Below, piece by piece: positions 11,941-23,113 of a DNA stretch of 64,000 nt (positions are counted from its first letter, which is position 1; the number at the start of each line of letters is the position of its first letter). The notes below the pieces were generated by a model. That model saw only the letters and a list, made by a program, of their open reading frames with translations, ran no database searches and was not told the origin of the DNA. The DNA comes from Chiloscyllium plagiosum (taxonomy: Eukaryota): assembly GCF_004010195.1 (NCBI RefSeq), contig NC_057753.1:1514023-1578022 (forward strand), written 5' to 3'. The position numbers were made by a program, and so were the translations under genes.

Positions 11941-12680
11941 TCAACGCAGTATCCCTAGTCTCTGAACCGTTCTTGTAGTCACTGTGTATATGTGGTGAGT
12001 CCAGTTGAGTTTCTGGTCAATAGTAACCCCAAGGATGTTGACAGTAGGGGATTCAGTGATGGTAATACCGTTGAATGAAAAGGGGCGGTTGTTAGAGTGT
12101 CTATCATTGGTGCTGGTCTTTGTCTGGCATTTGTGTGGCGTGCATGTTACTTGCCACTTGTAGGGATATTGTCCAGATCTTGTTGCATTTGAACACGACT
12201 GCTTCAGTATCTGAGGATTCACAAATGGTGCTGAACACTGTGCAATCATGGGCGAACATTATGACATGATGAAACGTCATTGATGAAACAGCTGAAGATT
12301 GTTGGTTCTGGACAATACCCTGAGGGACAGCTGCAGAGATGTCCTGGAGCTGAGACAATTGATCCTCCACAAACACAGCCACCGTCCTTTGTGCCAGGTA
12401 TGACTCTAACCAGTGGAATGTTTGCCTCCGATACCCATAGATTTCAGTTTTACCATACTTGATGTCATACTTGGTTATCTGAGTCCTTGATGTCAAGGGC
12501 TGTCACTCTCACCTCACCTCCGGAATTCCACTCTTTTGTCTATGTTTGCACCAAGGCTATAATGAGATCAGGAGCTGAGTGACCCGGGCGAAACTCAAAC
12601 TAGGCGTCACTGAGCAGGTTGTTGCTGAGCAGGTGGTGTTTAATAACACTGTTGATGACTCCTTGCATCCCCTTACATAA
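11941..12680 (-). mobile_element. Non-LTR retrotransposon RT fragment (clade uncertain, RTE-X-like or CR1 group), truncated by deletion
   Basis: WLESYLAQR...VPQG...MFAHDCTVFSTI...KWQVT..PHKCQ...NILGVTIDQKLNW; orthologous to 53660-55000. Confidence 0.8.
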
Positions 12681-12810
12681 ATCCACTGAGTGCTACACAA
12701 TTTAATGTAATCATGGTTGATCTGCGTATTCTTAACGCCAATCTCCTGCCTTTTGTCCAGAACCCTTGACTCTTACGAACTAAAAATCGATCTCAGCCTT
12801 GAAGATGCTT

Positions 12811-13041
12811 GATTCGGAGATGCCGGTGTTGGACTGGGGTGTCCAAAGTTAAAAATCACACAACACCAGGTTATAGTCCAACAGGTTTAATTGGAAGCAC
12901 TAGCTTTCGGAGCGACGCTCCTTCATCAGGTGATTGTCAGGTGATCAGAAAACACTATCACCTGATGAAGGAGCGTCGCTCGGAAAGCTAGTGCTTCCAA
13001 TTAAACCTGTTGGACTATAACCTGGTGTGTGATTTTTAACT
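12811..13041. mobile_element. Penelope-type inverted terminal-repeat insertion with 12-bp TSD and two hammerhead-like cores
   Basis: ~88-bp inverted arms (12846-12933 / 12957-13043); TSD ttgaagatgctt at 12799-12810 and 13042-13053; same sequence family as the 3' end of the Penelope element at 44790-44923. Confidence 0.82.
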
Positions 13042-13504
13042 TTGAAGATGCTTAGTGGCATTATCTCTGCAGGTCTCTGTGGTAATGAACTCCACAAATT
13101 CATAACCCTCTGACAGAAGAAATTCTTACTTGTTTCTATCTTAAATGTGGAGTGTCTTACTCTGAGAGTATGCCCTCAAAGTGAAACTACCTCTCAGTAC
13201 CTACCCCGTCAAGCCCTCTATGAAACATACATGTACCAATACGGCTGCCTTTCATTCTTCTTCTTGCATCAATACAGTTATCAACATTGTGATGTTATTT
13301 TTTCATGGATGATGAGTGAAGTTTTAATATTATTTGTCTGGAACTGTGATGTAAATTAGTGAAATGATTAATCTGCAACTACAATTAAATGACAACTGAC
13401 AATGAACTTGATAATTAATTTAATTTCAGAAGATATAAAAGACCAATCACGAATGGAGATCTTTACATGAATTACTAATGCAGCCAGTCAGTTCTGTTGG
13501 CATT

Positions 13505-13830
13505 TCATAGAATCCCTACAGAGTGGGAACTGGCCACTTGTCCCAACAAGTCCACACCAACTCTTCAAGGAGTCACCTCCCAGACGCGTTGCCTTACCTG
13601 ACATGTCTCCTGACTAATGCATTTAATTTACACATCGCTGTACACTATGCACAATTTAGCGTGACCAATTCACCTAACCTGCACATCTTTCAACAGTGAG
13701 AGGAAACCGGAGTAAACCCATACACGGGGAGAATATACAACCCCCTCACACACCGTCGCCCGAAGCTGGGTTTGAACTCACATCCCTGGTGCCATGAGGC
13801 AGCAGTTCTAACCAGTGACCCACCATACCG
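13505..13830 (-). mobile_element. HE1-like SINE (ortholog at ~40435-40773)
   Basis: SINE head, core and tail motifs as at 2203-2503; same flanks in unit 2. Confidence 0.8.
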
Positions 13831-15292
13831 CTCTATATGGAAATTGTTTTGTAGAACTGAAAACACCGTGGATGTCTAAAATTTGGAATATGAGGAGGAA
13901 ATTCTGGAGGCGCTCAAATGTGCTAACAGATTCCATGGAGACAGAGATTGGTTCAAGTTTCACATCTAAGAGCAAGTAAGAATGGCGAAGAAGTTGATAT
14001 GGGGCAGACGAGGGAAGATGAACAAAAGGAGCAGTCTATAGAAGTTGTGAAATCAATGACAACAGTCAAGATACAGAAGATGAGGTGTAAATAGAAGTCT
14101 CAAATGCAAAAATGATCATAGAGGACAAGAACAGAAAACAAAGTCAGAAATCAAATCACACAATCCTTCAACTTCTACACCTGAAGGCTGAATATTGCCT
14201 CCTATTACTTCTCAGTTCAGATGAAAGGCGACAGATCTGCTGACTTTGCTTATTCCCTCCCCAGCCATGCAGCTTAGATCAGGAGATCACGTCCCCACAC
14301 TCCACTCCCTGGCTCCACAGAGACTGACGTTTGACCCTCCCACTGCTGGGGAGCGCTGGGTAAAGAGTCAGGAACCTGCTAGCTCGTTGTAAGTTTCTAC
14401 TCATCAAGTACTAGATGACAGACAAATCAGGGATGTGATGTGAGTGGAAGTTCTGGCATTTACACATGCCTGCAATGCTTGTCTATCTAAATGGTTAGGG
14501 TGAAGCTATACGGACTTTGTCCAACTCTGGTCCAGTTATATGTATATTAAATCCTTCATCCCTGCCTCTTCCTTACCACTCCATCTCCTTCCGTTGGTTG
14601 TAAGTACTAACTGGTTCCCTTCCCTGAAGGACACCAGTGAACTTGTTTAATGAATAATGACAATTCAGCGGCTTCGATGGTCGCTTTGCACCTCTCAGTG
14701 TCAGCTCCACGATTTGACAACTAGTCTCTGTTTTAGTGCATTGCCTGTCACTCTAACGTTTTTCTTCAGTAATATATCAGGTTCACAGCAAATTAGAGGA
14801 AGTGGATTTGCAGTCAGGAAACTCGATGTAACTATTAAGGAACAGCAGAATGACTGTCACACTCTCTCTTTCATGCAGAAAAGTGTTGGAATGAATTGAA
14901 GAGAGCAGTGCAAAGCCAGTATGGCCTGCAGGCTAAGAGTTTAAGGAAAATAGGAACCTCTTTCAAGACATTTAGTGTCACTGAGAACATTGGGAATCGT
15001 CAAAAGGTCCTATTTTGTACAATTCTCAAATCCTAGATCTTCATAATATTTTGACGTGAGTATATTCAATGTTGAGATGGTGAGACAGGACATATCTTCC
15101 TTTTCACCACATTATCCTTCTTGAATCACTTCTTGCCCTTATAATTCCATATGTTTGTGCAAACAAGTAGCGGTGTATCTCCGGGGACTGCCAATCACAT
15201 TACAGAAGATAAAAAGGTGAATTCAACCACATAGCCAAATCAAGATGACGTAACAATGAGCATAAGAAGGGTAGATAATGATATTGAATTCA

Positions 15293-17580
15293 CATATAGA
15301 TCACATCCTACGCTCTGCCCTCATCAATGCTCTTTGTTACTTCCTCAAAGAACTCAATCAATTTTGTGAGACATGATTTCCCACGCACAAAACCATGTTG
15401 ACTATCCCTAATCTGTCCTTGCCTTTACAAATACATGTACATCCTCTCCCTCAGGATTCCCTCCAACAACTTGCCCACCACCAACGTCAGGCTCACTGGT
15501 CTATAGTTCCCCGGTTTGTCCTCACCACCCTTCTGAAACAGTGGCACCACGTTAGGCAACCTCCAGTCTTCTGCCACCTCACCTGTGACTATCGATGATA
15601 CAAATATCTCAGCAAGAGGCCCAGCAATCACTTCCCTAGCTTCCCACAGAGTTCTCGAGTACACCTGATCAGGTCCTGGGGGCCTTTTATGCGTTTCAAG
15701 ACATCCAGCACTTCCTCCTCTGTAATCTGGACATTTTGCAAGATGTCACCATCTATTTCCCTACAGTCTATATCTTCCATATCCTTTTCCACAGTAAATA
15801 CTGATGCAAAATACTCATTTAGTATCTCCCTCATTTTCTGCGGCTCCACACAAAGGCCGACTTGCTGATCTTTGAGGGGCCCTATTCTCTCCCTAGTTAC
15901 CTTTTTGTCTTTAATGTATTTATAAAAACACTTTGGATTCTCCTTGACCCTATCTGCCAAAACTATCTCATGTCCCCCTTTTGCCCTCCTGATTTCCCTC
16001 CTACTTCCTTTATACTCTTCTAAGGATTCACTCGATCTATCCTGTCTATACCTTACATATGCTTCCTTCTTTTTCTTAACCAAACTCTCAATTTCATTAG
16101 TCATCCAGCATTCCCTATACCGGAATGTTTTTTTTACCTAGCATTCCCTATACCTACCAGCCTTTCCTTTCACCCGAACAGGAATATATTTTCTCTGGAT
16201 TCTCTGGGTATCTCATTTCTGAAGGCTTCCCATTTTCCAGCCGTCCCTTTACCTACGAATATCTGCCCCCAATCAGCTTTCGAAAGTGCTTGCCTAATAC
16301 CGTCAAAATTGACCTTTCTCCAATTTAGAACTTCAACTTTTAGATCTGGTCTATCATTTTCCATAATTATTTTAAATATAATAGAATATGGTCGCTGGCC
16401 CCAAAGTGCTCCCCCACTGATACCTTCGTCACCTGCCCTGCCTTAATTCCCAAGAGTAGGTCAGATTTTGCACCTTCTCGAATAGGTACATCCACATACT
16501 GAATGAGAAAATTGTCTTGTGCACCCTTAGCAAATTCCTCTCCACCTAAACCCTTAACCTATGGCAGTCCCAGTCTATGTTTGGAAAGTTAAAATCCCCT
16601 ACTATAACCACCCTATTATTCTTACAGATAGCTGAGATCTCCTTACAAGTTTGTTTCTCAATTTCCCTCTGAATACTAGGAGATATCCCAATAAGGTGAT
16701 CATCCCTTTCTTATTTCTCAGTTCCACCCAAATAACTTCCCTGGATGTATTTCTGGGAATATAATCCCTCAGCACCGCTGTAATGCTACCCTTATCAAAA
16801 ATGCCACTCCCCATCCTCTCTTGCCTCCCTTTCTATCCTTCCTGTCGCATTTGATTTCTGGAACATTAAGCTGCCAGTCCTGCCCATCCCTGAGCCATGT
16901 TTCTGTAATTGCTATGATATCCCAGTCCCATGTTCCTAATCATGCCGTGAGTTCATCTGTTAGGCCGCTTGCATTGAAATAAATGTAGTTTAATTTATTA
17001 GCCCTACCTTGTCCCTGCCTGCCCAGACTGTTTGACTCGCTTCTGTTCTCAACTGTACCAGTCTCAGATTGATCTCTTTCCTCACTATCTCCCTGGGTCC
17101 CACTCCCCCACCTTACTAGTTTAAAATCTCCAGAGCAGCTCTAGCAAATTTCCCTGCCAGTATATTAGTCCCCTTCCAATTTAGATGCAAGCCATCCTTC
17201 TTGTGCAGGTCACTACTACCTCAAAAGAGATTCCAATGATCCAAAAATGTGAATCCTTCCTCCATACACTAGCTCCTCAGCCATGCATTCATCTGCTCTA
17301 TCCTCCTATTCCTGCCCTCACTAGCTCGTAGCACCGGGAGTAATCCAGATATTACTACCCTTGAGGACCTCCTTTTTAAATTCCTGCCTAACTCTCTGTA
17401 ATCTCCCTTCAGAATCTCAACCTTTTCCCTTCCTATGTCGTTGGTTCCAATGTTGACAATGACGTCTTTCTGGCCCCTCTCCCCCGTGAGAGCATTCTGT
17501 ACCTTCTCTGAGATGTCCTTGATCCTGGCACCAGGGAAGCAACACACCATTCTGAGTTTTCGCTACGGGCCACAGAAACA
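15293..17580 (-). mobile_element. CR1 LINE 5'/internal part (ORF1 esterase, APE endonuclease, start of RT), inverted relative to its 3' end
   Basis: ORF1 VCCFPGARI...VIVNIGTNDIG (SGNH-esterase-like, 17269-17570); endonuclease EVIWVELRNKKG; RT start GEV.EDWR..NVVPLF.KG..DKPGNYRPVSLT..VGKLLE and HGF...LIEFFEEVTK.IDEGRA.DVIY ending at ~15293. Confidence 0.9.
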
Positions 17581-18228
17581 TCGGAGTCCAGAACTAGTGG
17601 GCATAGGTTTAGGGTGAGAGGGGAAAGATATAAAAGAGACCTACGGGGCAACTTTTTCACACAGAGGGTGGTACGTGTATGAAATGAGCTGCCAGAGGAA
17701 GTGGTGGAGACTGGTAGGAAACATGTTTCCTGCCTCCAGAGTGTCCAATCCTTTAATAATCTTATATGTCTCAATCAGATCCCCTCTAAGTCTTCTAAAC
17801 TCAAGGGTATATAAGCCCAGTCACTCCAGTCTTTCAGCGTAAGGTAATCCCGCCATTCCAGGAATTGACCTCGTGAACCTATGCTGCACTCCCTGAACAG
17901 CCAGAATGTCTTTCCTCAAATTTGGAGCCCAGAACTGCACACAGTACTCCAGGTGTGGTCTCACCAGGGCCCTGTACAGCTGCAGAAGAACCTCTTTGCT
18001 TCCATACTCAATCCCTCTTGTTATGAAGGCCAGCATACTATTAGCTTTCTTCACTACTTGCTGTACCTGCATGCTTAAAAGGCATCTGGATGGGTATATG
18101 AATAGAAAGGGTTTGCAGGGATATGGCCGGTGCTGGCAGGTGGGACTAGATTGGGTTGGGATATCTGTTCGGCATGGACGGATTGCACTGAAAAGTCTGT
18201 TTCCATGCTGTACATCTCTATGACTCTA
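17581..18228 (+). mobile_element. CR1 LINE 3' end (sense), interrupted by an antisense CR1 fragment at ~17716-18075
   Basis: ESRTSGHRFRVRG...FFTQRVVRV.NELPEEVVE, then LKRHLDGYMNRKG, 3' UTR and tail ctctatgactcta; the nested minus fragment reads KANSMLAFITRGIEY...RPHLEYCVQFWAP. Confidence 0.85.
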
Positions 18229-18266
18229 AACTGCATTTTATTATGATTGATGTGATTTTTGTATGA

Positions 18267-19167
18267 TCACAATTCAATTTTTTTAAACACTAGTTTCAGG
18301 GGAAGTTTTTGCCAATTTCTTTAACTGCTCTCTGAATTTACTTTGGGTCCCTGCATAAGTAAATGTATTGATGTGTGAACTAAAAGCTGAAGCATATAAC
18401 GTATTCATCAAGAATACAATTTGATTCGCTGTAATCTGAACCTGAGAAGAAAGTGACATTCGCAGTTTGAACATAGAGGAATGTCAGGAGAACCAAGACT
18501 ACGACAGGAGGAAACTGCTTGTGATAACGAAGAGTAAAACAATGGACTTCCTCCGTTTCTCCATTCCTGTGTCACTCTGATTCTGTCCCTATCTCCTGGT
18601 ATTGAGTCTCCTGAGGGCTCCACTTGCCATTATAATGTGTCTGACATTTAAGGCATTGAACTGAAAGTTAGAGTGAATGGAAGAAAAGGATATGAAATTG
18701 CAATTATCCAGACAAGCACAAATCAACAGGGTGAGGTATTATATATTGGTTTGAGGCTGCAATACCAAGGTACATTGTCAGTTTAAAATGAGGGGACATA
18801 CACAATGTATAGGGATGTTTCTGATACAGCTCAGTGCAGGCAGTCGCCTGAACCACTAATGCTACTTTCTTGGTGCAATATTTCATTTTCTTCTTCTGGC
18901 AACAAATGGCAATGAATCGATCAAAGGTGAAACTGATAGTTACCCAGACAAAAGAATCTCTGACTGCATAAGTTAATGCAAGACTGGCACGACAGTGCGT
19001 AGTGATGGACAGGAATGTCATTGTGGAGTAAACAGGCATAATCCAGTTTAATATCCAGTTTAATAATAATCAAGAAACCTGTCACCGCCATGGACACCAG
19101 ATGATACACGATCCATTTGAAACACTGCATTTTTCCTACCACAGCATAACAATCACTGAAGAGATAT
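18267..19167 (-). pseudogene. GPR139-like GPCR pseudogene, paralog B (exon 2 only; no exon 1 found)
   Basis: Homologous to exon 2 (SVIVMLW*, WIVYHLVSMAVT, FTFDRFIAICCQK, INTFTYAGTQSKFREQLKKL) with an in-frame TAG and several frameshifts; acceptor ctctttttcaaag retained. Confidence 0.88.
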
Positions 19168-19445
19168 CTTTGAAAAAGAGATATTTAAGAGTGATAACGT
19201 GATATCGACAAATGAAGATGCAGCCAAAGAAAGATAAAAACAGACATTTAGTTCTGCTCAGTTTTCTGGAAGCCATTACCAAGAGGGAAAATAGTCCAAA
19301 TTTTATACAGAAAATATTTTTCTTCAACTGCAGAAAACAATCTTTAATTGACATTATGTTATAGTTGCAATAGGAGATATTGTCAGTTTTGCAACTAATG
19401 TTGACATTCCTTCCTGAGGATTCGCTTGCAGGAAATGCACTCTGT

Positions 19446-19757
19446 TCCTGAAGAAGGGCTTATGCCCGAAACGTCGATTCTCCTGTTCCCTGGATGCTGC
19501 CTGACCTGCTGCGCTTTTCCAGCAACACATTTTCAGCTCTGATCTCCAGAGATCTCTGATCTCTGATCTCCAGCATCTGCAGACCTCACTTTCTCCTCAA
19601 AGATTTCAACCTACTGCGAATCCTCTTACAAGGATGCCTTCCTTGAAGAAGCTCTCTTCCTCCATTCCTGAAGAAGGGCTTATGCCCGAAACGTCGATTC
19701 TCCTGTTCCCTGGATGCTGCCTGACCTGCTGCGCTTTTCCAGCAACACATTTTCAGC
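19446..19757 (+). mobile_element. Penelope-type partial tandem terminal repeats (second family), 11-bp TSD, two hammerhead-like cores
   Basis: Direct repeat ttcctgaagaagggcttatgcccgaaacgtcgattc...cagcaacacattttcagc at 19445 and 19665; TSD gcactctgttc at 19437-19447 and 19756-19766; empty site at ~42030-42050. Confidence 0.8.
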
Positions 19758-19879
19758 ACTCTGTTCTGTTCTTGGCAATTTGTACAGAAGAAAAGCAGCA
19801 AAAATAGTGTCAAACTTTGATAATATTGAGGAAACAATAATATTATATGGACCAATGAAACGGGTATAAAGAAGCTACA

Positions 19880-20560
19880 TCACAAAGGTATTTGGGGATC
19901 CTGGTGCAAAAATAACCAAACAACTAGTATACAGGTTTAACAAATAATAAGGAAGGAAACTGGAATACTAGTCTTTATCTCAGGAAATGGAGTCTAGAAA
20001 CAGGGACGTCTTGCGAAAATTGTACAAGGTATCAATTAGACCTCACCTAGAATAATCTCAACAGTTGTGGCGTTGTGGCCTCCTTATCTATGGAAAGACA
20101 TCATTCCTCTGAAGGCTGTCGAGAGAAGGTTCGTTGATCCCAGGTGTGGAGGGATTTTCTGATGAGATGAGGTCAAGTTGCGTTGCAAACATTAGAGTTT
20201 AAACGAATGAGAAGTGACCTTATTGGAACATTTATAAATGTGGAGGGTTTGACAAGGTATATGCTGAGTATTTGTTTATCTTTGTGGGAGATTCTGGGAC
20301 TAGACGGTATAATCTCAGAATAAAAGTTTGTGACTTTAAGACAGACACAAGGAGGAATTTATTCTGTCAGAGAGTTGTGAACTTTGTGGCTTTCATTTCC
20401 GCAGAGAGCTTGTACAGGCTGTGTCAATAAGTGTGCTCAACGGCTGAGATAGATTTTTCTGGATCAGTAAGAGAGTCAAGGAGTTCCCGGAGAAGGCAGG
20501 AAAATGAGACTGAGGATTATTATCAGGTCACCCGTGATCTCACTGAATGGTGGAGCAGGC
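19880..20560 (+). mobile_element. Old CR1 fragment (ortholog ~42160-42800)
   Basis: Degenerate LYKVSIRPHLE, RMRSDLIG, and 3' UTR gatctcactgaatggtggagcaggc. Confidence 0.7.
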
Positions 20561-20751
20561 AGTGGGTTTCTATATGGAATACAATTTATTTTAGTCCTTG
20601 CCAGATATGATTCGAAAAAGATAGTCAAAATCCTTAATAATCACTATTGCTCAATTGACCCTAAGTCTAATGTACAGAAGGGCGAGAGTGGGGGGAGCGT
20701 TGGGGGCATGAATTTGGTGCAACATCTAAATTGGCATAAGAGAACAGGCAT

Positions 20752-20908
20752 AGAGTCATAGAATCATAGAGATGTACAGCATGGAAACAGACCCTTCGGT
20801 CCAACCCGTCCATGCCGACCAGATATCCCAACCCAATCTAGTCCCATCTGCCAACACCCGGCCCATATCCCTCCAAACCCTTCCTATTCATATACCCATC
20901 CAAATGCC
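20752..20908 (-). mobile_element. Young short CR1 3' tail insertion, unit 1 only
   Basis: catagagtcatagaatcatagagatgtacagcatggaaacagacccttcgg...; absent at the orthologous position ~42960. Confidence 0.8.
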
Positions 20909-22880
20909 TACTTTTTTCCCCAAAGTTCCAAAACAATGCAACACAGGATAAAGAGTAGGCCATGGAGCCCCTCAGCGACTACTCCAAAATTCAATAAGAT
21001 CTTGCTTGATCTGTAGTTTAATTCCACATAGCTGCCTTTGGCCAATATTTCTTAACATTATTGCTTAATAAAAAGCTGTTCATCTCAGATTAAAATTTAA
21101 TATTGGAATTAACATCAAGCACCATTCGAGGAAGGAGTTTCCAAGCCCCACTGCTCGTGAGTTCTAACGAAACTCGAGAATGGCCTGGTCCTAATTCTCA
21201 GACTATGACCCCAGTTCTATAATCTTCAAACAGTGGAAACAGTTTATCTTTATCTCACCTGCCATTCCCTATTAATATCTTCAATACCTCGATTAGCTCA
21301 CTCCATAACATTACAAATTGTAAGGAATAAAGCCTAATTTGTGTATCTATTCGTTCAACTTAGCTCCTGAAGTGCAGGTATCATCCTCGAAAACCTGCAT
21401 TGAGCACCATCCAGGGCTAAAGCATCCTCCCGCGAGTGAGGTGCCCAGACCTGCTCCTAGCATTCTAAGAAGGGTCCCAACTGGATTTTATATAACTGCA
21501 GCATAACATTTGCATGCTAATACTGCAACACTTTAGATATGAAAGCCAGCATTCCGAGAGCCATCTTGACGATTTACTGCACGTATTCATGGCATGTTAA
21601 AGAGCCATGCACCTGAACCCCCAAATCACTCTGTACATCCACTGCATTTAATATTTTTCCTTTGGTAAAATATACAGATCCATGCAAAAGTTAGGAATAA
21701 ATATTTATGAAAAGAAAACGAAAGAAAAGTAATCACACTGAACTGAAAGGGTGAAGCCATAGGTAACCTGTTACATGACATTCATTACATCTCAGTGATA
21801 AACATTATGTGATGCTTTGCGATACAATAATGCATTAAATTAAATTTTCATTGAAGAAAGCAGTTCAGTATTAAATTATTCAGTGAAGACAGCATTTATT
21901 GCATGAGCATCCATTACATTCCCCTCAGCTGGTAGCTTCTGATCTCCGGTAGCTCTGGGCCACAGATTTCACATTCATATCCAAGGAATTCACTATCAAC
22001 ATTTTGCTGGCTCTCGTTTCCTTTTTGAGGGGTCTGCAAATACTCTCTTCTCTGAGCAACCTCGCTCCAGCTTTACAACCTTCCCACATTTTGCGACCCA
22101 AGTTCCCTCCTCTGTAACTCCTGTCTCTCATTGCATTAACATTCCCAACTTTATGGTTTTCGAACCTCCTGGCCTGCCAGCCTTTGTTTTGCCTTGCAGC
22201 CCAGCGACCTTTGCAGCTTGACTGCCCCCTAACCCACAGCTTTCATGACTTTTGCATCTCAGCTGCACACTGCTGTTCCACTGGAGGCTGCTAGTTCCAC
22301 ATACTTGCTGTTGATAGGCTTCCCAAAGATAATCTCCATTTTCCAACCTTTCTCTGATTGGTTGTCATGATGATTGAATTTTCTTGGGGTTTCAGTGATG
22401 AATTTACGTACTGCTGTCCTGTGTTTGACTGTTGCAGGCTAGTTGTATTAATGAATTAACTTGTTAAATCATGCTAGCTGATCTTTGGTCACTTTGATTA
22501 TCATATTGATGGAACCTAAGTCATCCTGCACTTTTGGAATCACATTGTTATCACTAATCTGAAGGATGTCTTGTTCTAAGGTGCTTCATCAGTTTAATAT
22601 TAAACATAAATAGCATTCCTACAAAACGTGTCATTGTTCATGTGGGAAACGTCCATGTGAGCAACAGATTATGAAGTCTTACAGGCGATACATGCAGATC
22701 GCTGAAAGGATGCAGAAGTAATGCAATGCAGCGCTGTTGTGATGTTTACCACAATGTGGTCAATTATGCATGATGTCTTCTTACAGTTGACTGCAGACTT
22801 GAAGGCAAACATTCAAAAAGTCTGAGCCTCCAAAGGCACAGTTGCCTAGACACACCCAGAAGGCTGACACTCATTCAGTG

Positions 22881-23113
22881 TATTAAAATGTGTTGCTGGA
22901 AAAGCGCAGCAGGTCAGGCAGCATCAAAGGAGCAGGAGAATCGACGTTTCGGGCAAAAGCCCTTCTTCAGGAATCCTTCTTCAGGGTTCCTGAAGAAGGG
23001 CTTATGCCCGAAACGTTGATTCTCCTGCTCCTTTGATGCTGCCTGACCTGCTGTGCTTTTCCAGCAACACATTTTTAAGCTCTGATCTCCAGCATCTGCA
23101 GTCCTCACTTTCT
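22881..23113. mobile_element. Penelope-type inverted terminal-repeat insertion (second family), 12-bp TSD
   Basis: Inverted arms ~22885-22973 / 22987-23075; TSD actcattcagtg at 22869-22880 and 23114-23125; empty site at ~46495. Confidence 0.82.

Larger units (their letters stand above)
910..21900. repeat. Segmental tandem duplication unit 1 (GPCR cluster unit)
   Basis: Blocks at ~910-1780, 4705-8380, the GPCR, its promoter, 13260-14370 and 19170-21900 recur in the same order and orientation at ~22-45 kb and ~45.5-56.5 kb. Boundaries approximate. Confidence 0.85.

Noticed and set aside
21925..22800. Zinc-finger-like words on the minus strand (YECEIC, PHCGKHH)
   Set aside because: Interrupted by stops shared between copies, with incomplete ligand spacing; likely chance.
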